A stretch of 64,000 nt of DNA from Escherichia coli (GTDB lineage Bacteria > Pseudomonadota > Gammaproteobacteria > Enterobacterales > Enterobacteriaceae): NCBI RefSeq assembly GCF_044324875.1, contig NZ_CP172185.1; one strand, given 5' to 3'. Both the position numbers and the translations under genes were made by a program. This document shows positions 1 through 11,262 of the stretch, piece after piece; positions within the stretch are counted from its first letter, which is position 1; each line of letters starts with the position of its first letter. Below the pieces are notes generated by a model. The model did no database searches and was not told the origin of the DNA. It worked only from the letters and a program-made list of their open reading frames with translations.

Positions 1-79
1 ACACTGTCAGCCAGTGCCATATCCGCACGGGTGCTTCAAAGACATAGTGACTGACAACGTTGTCGCTTTTCTGTTGCAT
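1..79 (-). CDS. hyaC: Hydrogenase-1 cytochrome b subunit, N-terminal fragment (gene runs off window start)
   Basis: Reverse complement of 1..79 reads ATG-MQQKSDNVVSHYVFEAPVRIWHWLTV, the HyaC N-terminus; sits directly downstream of hyaB on the minus strand. Confidence 0.8.
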   Translation of the reverse strand, partial: MQQKSDNVVSHYVFEAPVRIWHWLTV

Positions 80-97
80 GATGATTCTCCTTCGCTG

Positions 98-1891
98 TTA
101 ACGCACCTGCACGGAGATAAGCTCGCTACCGTCGTCGCCCAGCACATGTGTTGAACAGGCGAGGCACGGATCAAAGCTGTGCAGAGTACGCAGGATCTCC
201 AACGGTTGCTCAGGGATCGCCATTTTGGTGTTCATCAGCGCCGCTTCATAAGCGCCAATCTGCCCTTTGGGATCGCGCGGGCTGGCGTTCCAGGTGGTCG
301 GCACCACGCACTGGTAGAGATCAATCTTGCCATCGCGAATGGCGGCCCAGTGGCCTAACGCCCCGCGCGGCGCTTCGGTAAAGCCGACAGCACGGCACTC
401 TGTCGGCCAGGTTGCAGGTTCCCATTTTTCAGTGGAGGCGGTGGCAAGATTGCCGTTTTTCAGGTTGGTCATCAGCTTGTCGAAGAAATACTGCAACTTA
501 CCTGCGGCCCACTGCGCTTCGTGCGCGCGGCACAAAATGCGGCCCAACGTTGACTGGATGCCGGAAAGTGGCAGGTTCAACGCCGACATCATGCGATCGA
601 CCGACTCAACGGTCGCCGCATCGCCTTTGTGATAAGCGATTAACGTGCGTGCCAGCGGCCCCACTTCCATCGCATTACCGCGCCAGCGTGGCGCTTTGAT
701 CCACGAGTAGCGTTCCTGTTCATTCAGCTGCTGAATGTTGGTATCGCTGCCTTTGACATCGCCGGGGTTGTACCACGGGTCGGTAATGCCATCGAACGGA
801 TGACGCCCGACCTGATCGTTGGGATAACGATACCAGGCGTGATCGACAAACTCCTGCACCTGCTGCGGATCAACCAAATCCACTGGCAGCACATTTTTGA
901 AGTCGCCGTTAATCACCGCGCCGCCAGGCATCAGCAGACTTTTCTCGCCAAAGTCGTTGGCAATATCCGGGAATGCGCCGTAGCTGAGGACACATTTATC
1001 AGAAAGACCCGTGCCGATTTCGCTCCACGGTTTGTTGAACTGGCCGATGGCTAAGGCGTCGGGGATCATCACGTTATTAATGAAGTCCGCCGTACGGGTA
1101 ATGATCGACTGCACCAGGTTCAGGCGTTCCATATTGACCGCCCCGACCGCGCCGCTTTCGTCAATGTTAATGGCGCAAGGCATCCCGCCGACAATCCAGT
1201 TTGGATGCGGGTTTTTACCGCCAAAGACCGCGTGGATTTTGACAATTTCACGCTGGAAATCGAGAGCTTCGAGATAGTGGGCAAAGCCCATCAGGTTGGC
1301 TTCTGGCGGCAGTTTGTACTGCGGGTGCCCCCAGTAGCCATTGCGGAAGATCCCCAACTGCCCGCCTTCAACGAATTTCTTCAGGCGGTTTTGTACGTCG
1401 AAGAAATAGCCAGGGGATGATTTCGGCCATGAGGAGAGACTTTGCGCCAGTTCGGAGGTTTTCCGCGGATCGGCTTTCAGCGCATCTAACACATCGATCC
1501 AGTCCATCCCGGCAAGCTGATAGAAGTGCACCAGATGGTCATGGCACCAGAGCGTCGCCAGCATAATGTTGCGGATGATATTGGCGTTGTCCGGCACTTT
1601 AATACCAATGGCATCCTCGATGGCGTAAACCGAAGCCAGAGCGTGTACGCCAGTACAGACGCCGCAGATACGTTCAACGAACGCCCACGCATCGCGCGGG
1701 TCGCGCCCTTGCAGGATGATCTCCAGCCCGCGAAACATGGTGCCGCAGGAGACGGCATTGGTGATCACATTCTGATCGTTAATATTCACTTCGCAGCGCA
1801 TGTGGCCTTCAATGCGCGTAATCGGGTCGACCACAAGGCGGCGTCCGGCATTATTGATGGTGTATCCCTGAGTTTCGTACTGAGTGCTCAT
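98..1891 (-). CDS. hyaB: Ni-Fe hydrogenase 1 large subunit
   Basis: 597-aa ORF; RxCGxC N-terminal and DPCxxC C-terminal Ni-Fe ligand motifs; 4-bp overlap with hyaA. Confidence 0.95.
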   Translation of the reverse strand: MSTQYETQGYTINNAGRRLVVDPITRIEGHMRCEVNINDQNVITNAVSCGTMFRGLEIILQGRDPRDAWAFVERICGVCTGVHALASVYAIEDAIGIKVPDNANIIRNIMLATLWCHDHLVHFYQLAGMDWIDVLDALKADPRKTSELAQSLSSWPKSSPGYFFDVQNRLKKFVEGGQLGIFRNGYWGHPQYKLPPEANLMGFAHYLEALDFQREIVKIHAVFGGKNPHPNWIVGGMPCAINIDESGAVGAVNMERLNLVQSIITRTADFINNVMIPDALAIGQFNKPWSEIGTGLSDKCVLSYGAFPDIANDFGEKSLLMPGGAVINGDFKNVLPVDLVDPQQVQEFVDHAWYRYPNDQVGRHPFDGITDPWYNPGDVKGSDTNIQQLNEQERYSWIKAPRWRGNAMEVGPLARTLIAYHKGDAATVESVDRMMSALNLPLSGIQSTLGRILCRAHEAQWAAGKLQYFFDKLMTNLKNGNLATASTEKWEPATWPTECRAVGFTEAPRGALGHWAAIRDGKIDLYQCVVPTTWNASPRDPKGQIGAYEAALMNTKMAIPEQPLEILRTLHSFDPCLACSTHVLGDDGSELISVQVR

Positions 1892-3006
1892 GCCTGTTTA
1901 TCCTCATTGCCTGGCTGATGTTCGGTTTCTGTAGGTTGCTGGTTATGACGTCTGCGCTGGTCAACGGCGCTGGCGACTGCGTGCACACCAACAGCCGCTG
2001 CAACCACGCCAAGCGCGGTTAAACCGACGGTGTCGGCGGTGGAATGAGTTCCCATTTGCGGAATATCGACCACGCGGCTGTAGAACGAACCGCGATCCCA
2101 GAAACCATTTTCCGCACAGCCCAGGCAGCCGTGACCAGACTGGATTGGGAAAGAAACGCCATCATTCCAGCGTGTGGAGGAACAGGCGTTATAGGTGGTA
2201 GGTCCTTTGCAACCCATTTTGTACAGGCAGTAACCTTTGCGGGCAGCGTCATCATCCCAACTCTGCACGAACTCTCCGGCGTCGAAGTGAGCGCGGCGAT
2301 AACATTTATCGTGGATACGCTGACCATAAAACATCAGTGGACGGCCCATTCTGTCGACATCTGGCAAGCGATCAAAGGTCACCATGTAAGTAATGATGGC
2401 GCTCATCACATCCGGGATCGGCGGGCAGCCAGGTACTTTGATAATAGGTTTGTCGGTGATGACTTTGTCGATAGGCGTTGCCTGCGTCGGATTGGGTCGC
2501 GCGGCCTGCACGCAGCCCCAGGACGCGCAGGTTCCCCAGGCGATAATCGCACTGGCTCCGGCAGCGGCACGTTTGAGTTTCTCAATAAACGGTCGTCCGC
2601 TGCTGATACAGAACATCCCCTGCTCGCCCAGCGGCGGATTACCTTCTACTGCGAGGATATATTTGCCATTGTATTGCGTGATGATGTCTTCAAAGACTTC
2701 TTCCGCCTGGGTTCCGGCGGCAGCCATCAAAGTATCGTCATAATCGAGGGAAATCAGGGAAAGGATGACGTCCTTCGCCAGCGGGTGAGCGGAGCGGATA
2801 AAAGATTCGGTACAGCAGGTGCATTCCAGACCGTGGATCCATACCACCGGAATGCGCGGTTTGTTCTCCAGCGCCCAGGCAATCTTTGGTGCCATTCCCG
2901 CGCCTAAGCCCAGCGACGTGGCAGCCAGACTACAATATTTGAGAAAGCTGCGCCGGGTAACGCCCTGACGCCGCATGGCCTGGTAAAATGTTTCCTCGTT
3001 ATTCAT
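1888..3006 (-). CDS. hyaA: Ni-Fe hydrogenase 1 small subunit (Tat signal peptide)
   Basis: ORF 1888..3033; true start taken at [24 protein letters not shown] (twin-arginine motif), 9 codons inside the ORF-track start. Confidence 0.92.
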   Translation of the reverse strand: MNNEETFYQAMRRQGVTRRSFLKYCSLAATSLGLGAGMAPKIAWALENKPRIPVVWIHGLECTCCTESFIRSAHPLAKDVILSLISLDYDDTLMAAAGTQAEEVFEDIITQYNGKYILAVEGNPPLGEQGMFCISSGRPFIEKLKRAAAGASAIIAWGTCASWGCVQAARPNPTQATPIDKVITDKPIIKVPGCPPIPDVMSAIITYMVTFDRLPDVDRMGRPLMFYGQRIHDKCYRRAHFDAGEFVQSWDDDAARKGYCLYKMGCKGPTTYNACSSTRWNDGVSFPIQSGHGCLGCAENGFWDRGSFYSRVVDIPQMGTHSTADTVGLTALGVVAAAVGVHAVASAVDQRRRHNQQPTETEHQPGNEDKQA

Positions 3007-3432
3007 ATCGCACGTCTCTTCTCCTTGCGACACCGGCAGGACACCGGGCGCTTATGGTCGGCAAGCGACGTCCCTGTAGCAAGGCAAACCATCGCTTCAC
3101 GTGAGATGCTGAAAACGAAAGCTCATCCTTCTGCACTGGCGCACGTCGCCAGAAAGTATTGTTAATAAAGCGTAGTGAAACTTTTGCACAAAACAATACA
3201 AACTGTATGGATTTATCTTTTAGCGATAAAAATGGACCTATTTTTCTTTTTGCCGGGCAGTGGGGATGTTTAGCCGGTTGCTAAACGAGTAAAAGAGAAG
3301 GAATTCATGGTGATGAAATGATCAATCTGCTGTTATTTCACGCTATCAATGCACTTTTGTCTGTTTTTCAGGCAAACAAACAAATTAGGGGTTTACACGC
3401 CGCATCGGGATGTTTATAGTGCGCGTCATTCC

Positions 3433-3520
3433 GGAAGTGTGGCCGAGCGGTTGAAGGCACCGGTCTTGAAAACCGGCGACCCGAAAGGGTTCCAGAGTTC
3501 GAATCTCTGCGCTTCCGCCA
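3433..3520 (+). tRNA. serT: tRNA-Ser (anticodon UGA)
   Basis: GGAAGTGTGGCCGAGCGGTTGAAGGCACCGGTCTTGAAAACCGG...TTCGAATCTCTGCGCTTCCGCCA; class II tRNA with long variable arm, anticodon loop CT-TGA-AA, 3' CCA. Confidence 0.9.
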
Positions 3521-3530
3521 AATAAGATAA

Positions 3531-3562
3531 GGGGTTAGCTAAATGCTAACCCCTTTTTCTTT
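3531..3562 (+). terminator. Rho-independent terminator after serT
   Basis: GGGGTTAGC-taaat-GCTAACCCC followed by a T-run. Confidence 0.7.
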
Positions 3563-3726
3563 TGCCTGTCGAAATTCTCAGGGCGTTATATTTGCTTAAT
3601 GACCTGATAATCCGCTGTTAAACCTGTTCCAGATCAAATGCGTAAAGATGGGTAAAACTTCTGGGTGCCCTTACGCATTATCATTATGCTGCTTAATTAA
3701 TTACATCTGTCATAGAGAGTGACTCA

Positions 3727-4386
3727 ATGGATCGTATTGTTAGTTCTTCACATGACCGTACATCGCTGCTTAGCACCCATAAGGTGCTGCGTAATACCTA
3801 TTTTCTGCTGAGCCTGACGCTGGCCTTTTCTGCGATTACCGCAACTGCCAGTACGGTGCTGATGCTGCCATCTCCGGGTCTGATTCTGACGCTGGTGGGT
3901 ATGTATGGTTTGATGTTCCTGACCTATAAAACGGCGAATAAGCCGACCGGGATTATCTCCGCATTCGCCTTTACCGGTTTTCTGGGTTATATCCTCGGAC
4001 CAATTCTGAATACCTATCTGTCTGCCGGAATGGGTGACGTAATCGCTATGGCACTGGGCGGAACGGCGTTAGTGTTCTTCTGCTGCTCTGCATATGTGCT
4101 GACCACCCGCAAAGATATGTCGTTCCTCGGCGGTATGCTGATGGCGGGTATTGTGGTGGTGCTGATTGGTATGGTTGCTAATATCTTCCTGCAACTGCCT
4201 GCTCTGCATCTGGCGATCAGCGCGGTCTTCATTCTGATCTCCTCTGGCGCTATTTTGTTTGAAACCAGCAACATCATTCATGGCGGTGAAACGAACTATA
4301 TTCGTGCCACGGTTAGCCTGTATGTTTCGCTGTACAACATCTTCGTCAGCCTGCTGAGCATTCTGGGCTTCGCCAGCCGCGATTAA
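3727..4386 (+). CDS. yccA: BAX inhibitor-1 family inner membrane protein, FtsH modulator
   Basis: 219-aa ORF, multi-pass hydrophobic profile, matches YccA. Confidence 0.9.
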   Translation: MDRIVSSSHDRTSLLSTHKVLRNTYFLLSLTLAFSAITATASTVLMLPSPGLILTLVGMYGLMFLTYKTANKPTGIISAFAFTGFLGYILGPILNTYLSAGMGDVIAMALGGTALVFFCCSAYVLTTRKDMSFLGGMLMAGIVVVLIGMVANIFLQLPALHLAISAVFILISSGAILFETSNIIHGGETNYIRATVSLYVSLYNIFVSLLSILGFASRD

Positions 4387-4476
4387 TCTCGCCCAGGGTT
4401 ACTTACCGAGCCTCGCTTTATGCGGGGCTTTGTTTTTTGTTACACTGCCGCCAGTCTGATTAAGGTAGTAATAATT

Positions 4477-4806
4477 ATGCTGATCTTCGAAGGTAAAGAG
4501 ATAGAAACGGATACCGAAGGCTATCTCAAAGAAAGCAGCCAGTGGAGTGAGCCGCTGGCAGTGGTGATTGCAGAGAACGAAGGGATTTCGCTGTCGCCAG
4601 AACACTGGGAAGTGGTGCGTTTTGTGCGTGATTTCTATCTGGAATTCAATACTTCTCCGGCGATTCGTATGCTGGTAAAAGCGATGGCGAATAAATTTGG
4701 CGAAGAAAAAGGTAACAGCCGCTATTTATACCGACTGTTTCCGAAAGGTCCGGCTAAGCAAGCCACCAAAATTGCTGGCCTGCCAAAACCGGTAAAATGT
4801 ATTTAA
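4477..4806 (+). CDS. tusE: Sulfurtransferase TusE (DsrC-like)
   Basis: 109-aa product starting [13 protein letters not shown]-terminal PKPVKCI; ORF track 4420..4806 is an upstream extension. Confidence 0.85.
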
Positions 4807-5081
4807 CGGATACGAAAATCGGTTAATTCCTCCGAGGGATGATGCGGCTCGCTGAGCACCCGTTCTACACGCGCAGAACGCGGGCCGCCACTCTTTAACC
4901 ACTGCATTAATTTTTCTACCTGCCCTTCTTCACCGCAGGCAACCACTTCCACGCTGCCATCGTCAAGATTTTTGGCGTACCCGGCTAATCCCAGTTTTTT
5001 CGCTTCGTACTGCGTGGTATAGCGAAATCCAACGCCCTGAACTCGCCCGTAAACCCAGGCAATTATGCAGACTTTCGACAT
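4803..5081 (-). CDS. yccX: Acylphosphatase
   Basis: 92-aa product [21 protein letters not shown] (acylphosphatase signature); ORF 4803..5297 is an upstream extension. Confidence 0.85.
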
Positions 5082-5175
5082 TGCTGCTCTCCTTATCCTT
5101 AATGGACGCGTTGCAAATCCATGGAAAACTCCGGACAATGACGCCCATTTCTTTGCATCGACAGAAAAGTAAATT

Positions 5176-6366
5176 ATGAGTGTACGTTTAGTGTTAGCCA
5201 AAGGGCGCGAAAAATCATTACTTCGTCGCCATCCGTGGATCTTTTCCGGGGCCGTTGCCCGCATGGAAGGTAAAGCCAGCCTCGGGGAAACCATCAATAT
5301 TGTTGATCATCAGGGAAAATGGTTAGCACGCGGCGCTTATTCGCCAGCTTCGCAAATCCGGGCGCGCGTCTGGACGTTTGACCCGAATGAATCTATCGAC
5401 ATTGCTTTTTTTACCCGCCGTTTGCAACAAGCGCAAAAATGGCGTGACTGGCTGGCGCAAAAAGATGGCCTCGACAGCTATCGTTTAATCGCCGGAGAAT
5501 CTGATGGCCTGCCGGGTATTACTATCGATCGTTTCGGTAATTTTCTGGTGCTGCAACTACTGAGTGCTGGCGCAGAGTATCAGCGCGCGGCATTAATTAG
5601 CGCCCTGCAAACGCTGTACCCGGAATGTGCGATTTACGATCGCAGCGATGTTGCGGTACGTAAAAAAGAAGGGATGGAGCTGACCCAGGGCCCCGTCACC
5701 GGCGAGTTGCCGCCTGCCCTGCTGCCGATTGAAGAACACGGCATGAAGCTGCTGGTGGATATTCAGCACGGACACAAAACGGGCTACTACCTGGATCAGC
5801 GTGATAGCCGCCTGGCTACCCGCCGCTACGTTGAAAATAAACGCGTACTGAACTGTTTCTCCTATACCGGTGGTTTCGCCGTATCGGCACTGATGGGCGG
5901 TTGCAGCCAGGTTGTCAGCGTTGATACCTCCTAGGAAGCCCTGGATATTGCACGGCAGAACGTTGAGCTGAACAAACTGGATCTGAGCAAGGCTGAGTTT
6001 GTCCGTGATGATGTCTTTAAATTGCTGCGTACCTATCGCGATCGCGGTGAAAAATTTGACGTTATCGTGATGGACCCGCCGAAGTTTGTTGAGAATAAAA
6101 GCCAGTTGATGGGCGCGTGTCGTGGCTATAAAGATATCAACATGCTGGCGATTCAGTTGCTGAATGAAGGCGGTATTCTCCTGACTTTCTCCTGTTCTGG
6201 CCTGATGACCAGCGATTTATTTCAGAAAATCATCGCAGATGCCGCAATTGATGCCGGTCGTGATGTACAATTTATAGAGCAGTTCCGTCAGGCAGCCGAT
6301 CATCCGGTGATCGCTACCTATCCGGAAGGGCTATATCTGAAAGGGTTTGCCTGTCGCGTCATGTAA
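5176..6366 (+). pseudogene. rlmI: 23S rRNA m5C1962 methyltransferase RlmI, interrupted by an in-frame TAG at 5932..5934
   Basis: ORFs 5176..5934 and 6022..6366 share one frame; spliced length is 396 codons, the RlmI length; translation continues ...[21 protein letters not shown]... with no other stop. Confidence 0.85.
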
Positions 6367-6741
<375 letters not shown>

Positions 6742-6754
6742 TCCCTGAACAAAT

Positions 6755-6790
6755 CCCCGGAAGGTTTTTGCCTTCCGGGGATTTTTTATT
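6755..6790. terminator. Bidirectional rho-independent terminator between hspQ and yccU
   Basis: CCCCGGAAGG-tttttg-CCTTCCGGGG flanked by A-run and T-run. Confidence 0.7.
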
Positions 6791-7199
6791 TGGCCAGGCC
6801 CAGGCGAGGGATCTCAATAGCCGGGCAGCGATCCATCACTACATTTAACCCGGCATCCCGTGCCAGTACTGCCGCTTGCTCATTAATCACCCCCAGTTGC
6901 ATCCAGAGGGTTTTCGCACCGATGGCGATCGCTTCCTGCGCTACGCCCCACGCCGCTTCTGAATTCCGGAAAACATCGACCATATCGACTTTTTCAGGAA
7001 CTTCTGCCAGCGTGCCATACCCCTGCTGGCCCAGCAGTGTTTTGCCGGCAACTTTTGGCGAAACCGGAATGACGTGATACCCCTGGTCGAGTAGATATTT
7101 CATCACACGATAGCTGGGACGATCGGGTTTGTCGCTTGCCCCCACCAGCGCAATGGTGTGAGTGGACGTTAAAATGCCTGCAATATCGGTTTCTTTCAT
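6786..7199 (-). CDS. yccU: CoA-binding domain protein
   Basis: 137-aa product [30 protein letters not shown]; ORF 6786..7280 is an upstream extension. Confidence 0.85.
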   Translation of the reverse strand: MKETDIAGILTSTHTIALVGASDKPDRPSYRVMKYLLDQGYHVIPVSPKVAGKTLLGQQGYGTLAEVPEKVDMVDVFRNSEAAWGVAQEAIAIGAKTLWMQLGVINEQAAVLARDAGLNVVMDRCPAIEIPRLGLAK

Positions 7200-7371
7200 T
7201 ATTTCCTCCAGACTGTTTAACAAAGTGTACGACAAAGCCGACATGCCAACCATGCAGCTAATACGAATGAATGAGAGCAAAAGCGGGAAATATGTCTATA
7301 TGTTAGTAAGTATGATTAAAGAAAAATTTTGACACATTATTATTCGGGCGGTCTTTTGACAGGAGCTACCT

Positions 7372-8034
7372 ATGAAAACCGGCATCGTGACCACCTTGAT
7401 TGCATTATGTTTGCCGGTATCCGTTTTTGCCACCACGCTGCGGCTTTCAACCGATGTCGATCTTCTGGTACTCGACGGCAAGAAGGTTTCCAGCTCTCTG
7501 CTGCGCGGTGCGGACAGCATTGAACTGGATAACGGACCGCATCAGTTAGTGTTTCGCGTTGAGAAGACGATTCATCTTTCCAATAGTGAAGAACGGCTGT
7601 ATATCTCCCCACCGCTGGTGGTCAGTTTTAATACCCAGCTCATCAACCAGGTCAATTTTCGCCTGCCTCGCCTGGAGAATGAGCGGGAAGCTAACCATTT
7701 TGATGCCGCGCCGCGCCTTGAATTGTTGGATGGCGATGCGACGCCGATTCCGGTAAAGCTGGATATTCTCGCCATTACCTCAACGGCAAAAACGATTGAT
7801 TATGAGGTCGAGGTTGAACGCTATAACAAATCCGCGAAACGCGCTTCACTACCGCAATTTGCCACGATGATGGCAGATGACAGTACGCTGCTTTCGGGTG
7901 TTTCCGAGCTGGATGCTATTCCACCGCAGTCTCAGGTGCTCACAGAACAACGGCTGAAGTATTGGTTTAAACTGGCTGACCCACAAACGCGAAATACTTT
8001 TCTGCAATGGGCGGAAAAACAACCATCTTCCTGA
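7372..8034 (+). CDS. yccT: UPF0319 periplasmic protein with signal peptide
   Basis: 220-aa ORF with N-terminal signal sequence [20 protein letters not shown]. Confidence 0.85.
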
Positions 8035-8130
8035 GATTTTTGTGCCTGTGCGCAGGCTTTTTCGGTCTTTATCTTGCAGCGATAAGTGCTTACAGTAATC
8101 TGTAGGAAAGTTAACTACGGATGTAACATT

Positions 8131-8589
8131 ATGGAACTGACGACACGCACTTTACCTGCGCGGAAACATATTGCGCTGGTGGCACACGATCACTGCAAAC
8201 AAATGCTGATGAGCTGGGTGGAACGACATCAACCGTTACTGGAACAACACGTACTGTATGCAACAGGCACTACCGGTAACTTGATTTCCCGTGCAATCGG
8301 CATGAACGTCAACGCGATGTTGAGTGGCCCAATGGGGGGTGACCAGCAGGTTGGCGCATTGATCTCAGAAGGGAAAATTGATGTATTGATTTTCTTCTGG
8401 GACCCACTAAATGCCGTTCCGCACGATCCTGACGTGAAAGCCTTGCTGCGTCTGGCGACGGTATGGAACATTCCGGTCGCCACCAACGTGGCAACGGCAG
8501 ACTTCATTATCCAGTCGCCGCATTTCAACGACGCGGTCGATATTCTGATCCCCGATTATCAGCGTTATCTCGCGGACCGTCTGAAGTAA
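8131..8589 (+). CDS. mgsA: Methylglyoxal synthase
   Basis: 152-aa product [23 protein letters not shown]; ORF 8086..8589 is an upstream extension. Confidence 0.9.
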   Translation: MELTTRTLPARKHIALVAHDHCKQMLMSWVERHQPLLEQHVLYATGTTGNLISRAIGMNVNAMLSGPMGGDQQVGALISEGKIDVLIFFWDPLNAVPHDPDVKALLRLATVWNIPVATNVATADFIIQSPHFNDAVDILIPDYQRYLADRLK

Positions 8590-8620
8590 TATTGCACAGG
8601 TGGCAAACGCCACCTGTTTC

Positions 8621-10675
8621 TTACGGTTTTCTCGCCACCGGCACATCCAGATTTTTCAGTATTTCGACAAATGGAGAGGGATTCTCTTTGTTAAACAGTG
8701 CCCATACCCGATGGCGTGCCCGGGTCAGCGCCACGTACATTAACCGCCGTTCTTCAGCGTCCGGGAAATCCTCAACCGGTGGCAGTAGCGCCTCTTCCAT
8801 AATCGACTCCCGCGCCGCAGCCGGAAAACCATCACTCCCCTCCTGCAAGCCAACGATGATGACGTAATCCGCCTGTTGCCCTTTGCTGGCATGAATGGTC
8901 ATAAAGTCGATTTGCAACTTCGGCCAGCGTGTTGCCGCTTTTTCCAGGCTGGCAGGCCTCATGTGATGGTAACGCGCCAGGATCAGAATGCGCTCTTCCG
9001 GTTTGGCATAACCAGAGAGCTTATCCAGCAAAGCGTCAAGATGGCTCTCATCCAATAACGTGACGGCTTTTTTGTCTCCATTGGTTAAGCTGTTTAGCGG
9101 CTTTTTCAGCTGGCCTGGGTTCTGCTGAATAAACCGGTTTGCCACCTCACCGATACGACTGTTAAAACGGTAAGTCGTGTCTAAATCACAGCGATCGCCT
9201 TCTCCAAAGTTTTCATGGAAAGCGGTGGTGAGCGACATTTGCGCACCGCTGAAACGGTAAATCGCCTGCCAGTCATCACCAACAGCGAACAACGTCGTTT
9301 GACTGTTTTGCTTGCGCAATGCCGCTAACAACGCTGCACGCTGCGGCGAGATATCCTGAAATTCATCAACCAGAATATGCTTCCACGGGCTGATAAAGCG
9401 ACCTTTCTCCAGAATCACAATCGCCTGGTGAATAAGGCCCGAAAAATCGACAGCGTTTTCTGCCTTCAGCGCACCTTTCCAGGCTTTTAATAACGGGGCC
9501 ATCAACTTGATACGTTTACTGAACAGATCGCGAATCTCTTCGGGTGCACTGGCAATCATTTCTGCCTGTGCGCCACCGTGCATCCGCATCAGACTTACCC
9601 AACGATCGAGGCGTGAGGCAAGACGACGCTGTAATTTTTCATCATCCCAGAAGTTACCTTCTGGCACTGACCACTGCATTTCTTCCGTCAGCCATTGCCG
9701 CCAGCCCTTCGCCTGCGCTTTCTTTTCGCTGCATTGCTTGCGCCACTCAGCAATAAAGAGTTCATGACGGGCAGCGGTATCATTTTCCAGTTTGCTGACT
9801 ATCGGAACTTTTTTGCTGCCCTGCTGAATAATATGCAGCGCCAGCGCATGAAACGTGCGTGCGGTAATGTCTTCGGTATGTAGCCGTTCGCGAATACGCT
9901 CGTCCATCTCTTCAGCGGCTTTGCGACCAAACGCCAGCAATAAAATTTGCTCAGGGGACGCTTCACCACGCGCCAGCAACCAGCCTGCACGGGCCACCAG
10001 CACCGACGTTTTTCCGCTTCCTGCACCAGCCAGCACTAACAAAGAATGCTCGCCATTAACGACTGCCCGGGCCTGCGCCGGATTCAGCGGTGAAGACTCG
10101 ACCTGGCGGAAAAAATCCGCATACTCGGTAAGCATGGCTTCGGTATACGCCTGATTATGCTGCAACCGAGCGCTTTCAATATCTTTCAACCAGGCCTGAC
10201 ATTTACGCCACGCCTCACGGCAGTTATCGAATTCTTCCAGTCGGTTAACCGGCAACGGCAACGCCGACAAAGCCTGGCGGATTTGTTGCTGAACGCCAGA
10301 GGTTTGCTCACGCGTCAGCCATTTATTTTCTCCAGTGCGCGTGGCAATCAAATCCAGTTGCTGGCGTAAAACACCAGACGCAATTTCGCTCATCTCGCCA
10401 CTCCACCGCCGCCAGTGAGCATCAAGATGATGGTAAAAACGCTGCGTCTCGCCCCATTCGGTACCGTGCAGACGCACCACTTTTTCGCCCGGCAGTACAA
10501 ATTCCAGCTCGCCCCATACCAGACCGCGCTTACAGTGAATCGCCAGTAATTGATTGAAAGGAATAAGGTATTCGTGGCGATCGCCGGAGACTTTAATCCC
10601 GGCATTGAGGATCACCGCCCGATCGTAAGGGTGCTGTGCCAGACGTTTTCCAAGCGATGTCGCTTTCAGTTCCAT
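8621..10675 (-). CDS. helD: DNA helicase IV (UvrD/Rep superfamily 1)
   Basis: 684-aa product from MELKATSLGKR; Walker A GAGSGKT; ORF 8621..10768 is an upstream extension. Confidence 0.92.
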   Translation of the reverse strand: MELKATSLGKRLAQHPYDRAVILNAGIKVSGDRHEYLIPFNQLLAIHCKRGLVWGELEFVLPGEKVVRLHGTEWGETQRFYHHLDAHWRRWSGEMSEIASGVLRQQLDLIATRTGENKWLTREQTSGVQQQIRQALSALPLPVNRLEEFDNCREAWRKCQAWLKDIESARLQHNQAYTEAMLTEYADFFRQVESSPLNPAQARAVVNGEHSLLVLAGAGSGKTSVLVARAGWLLARGEASPEQILLLAFGRKAAEEMDERIRERLHTEDITARTFHALALHIIQQGSKKVPIVSKLENDTAARHELFIAEWRKQCSEKKAQAKGWRQWLTEEMQWSVPEGNFWDDEKLQRRLASRLDRWVSLMRMHGGAQAEMIASAPEEIRDLFSKRIKLMAPLLKAWKGALKAENAVDFSGLIHQAIVILEKGRFISPWKHILVDEFQDISPQRAALLAALRKQNSQTTLFAVGDDWQAIYRFSGAQMSLTTAFHENFGEGDRCDLDTTYRFNSRIGEVANRFIQQNPGQLKKPLNSLTNGDKKAVTLLDESHLDALLDKLSGYAKPEERILILARYHHMRPASLEKAATRWPKLQIDFMTIHASKGQQADYVIIVGLQEGSDGFPAAARESIMEEALLPPVEDFPDAEERRLMYVALTRARHRVWALFNKENPSPFVEILKNLDVPVARKP

Positions 10676-10797
10676 GACTCTGTAGATCCACACGAAATGA
10701 TTTCTTATCAGTGTAACCGTCAGAGAAAACGTGCTCCAGCCCAAAAAAACGTTACAATTGCCGCCCATTACTGAAAACCACAGTAAAGCGAGGTTTT

Positions 10798-11244
10798 ATG
10801 CGTACCGTTTTGAACATTCTGAACTTTGTGCTTGGCGGATTTGCCACCACTCTGGGCTGGCTGTTGGCGACTCTGGTCAGTATTGTGCTGATTTTTACCT
10901 TACCGCTGACACGATCCTGCTGGGAGATCACTAAACTGTCTCTGGTGCCTTATGGCAATGAAGCTATTCATGTCGATGAACTGAACCCGGCTGGCAAAAA
11001 TGTGCTGCTAAATACTGGCGGTACGGTATTGAATATTTTCTGGCTGATTTTCTTTGGCTGGTGGTTATGCCTGATGCACATTGCAACGGGCATCGCACAA
11101 TGTATTTCCATCATTGGCATTCCTGTCGGCATTGCGAACTTTAAAATTGCCGCTATTGCACTATGGCCGGTCGGTCGTCGCGTGGTATCGGTAGAAACAG
11201 CGCAAGCTGCGCGTGAAGCCAATGCACGTCGTCGTTTTGAATAA
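10798..11244 (+). CDS. yccF: Inner membrane protein YccF
   Basis: 148-aa hydrophobic ORF matching YccF. Confidence 0.88.
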   Translation: MRTVLNILNFVLGGFATTLGWLLATLVSIVLIFTLPLTRSCWEITKLSLVPYGNEAIHVDELNPAGKNVLLNTGGTVLNIFWLIFFGWWLCLMHIATGIAQCISIIGIPVGIANFKIAAIALWPVGRRVVSVETAQAAREANARRRFE

Positions 11245-11262
11245 TCCACTAATATGGCCTTT

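Noticed and set aside
2044-2907. 287-aa ORF on the plus strand opposite hyaA
   Set aside because: Lies wholly antisense to a well-supported gene; no RBS or recognisable domain. Typical shadow ORF in GC-rich coding sequence.
8621-10768. N-terminally extended ORF-track models (for example helD 715 aa, pqiB 566 aa, fabA 238 aa, pncB 416 aa)
   Set aside because: The extensions are upstream in-frame read-through to an earlier start codon. The known protein N-termini begin at internal ATGs, so the shorter coordinates are used.
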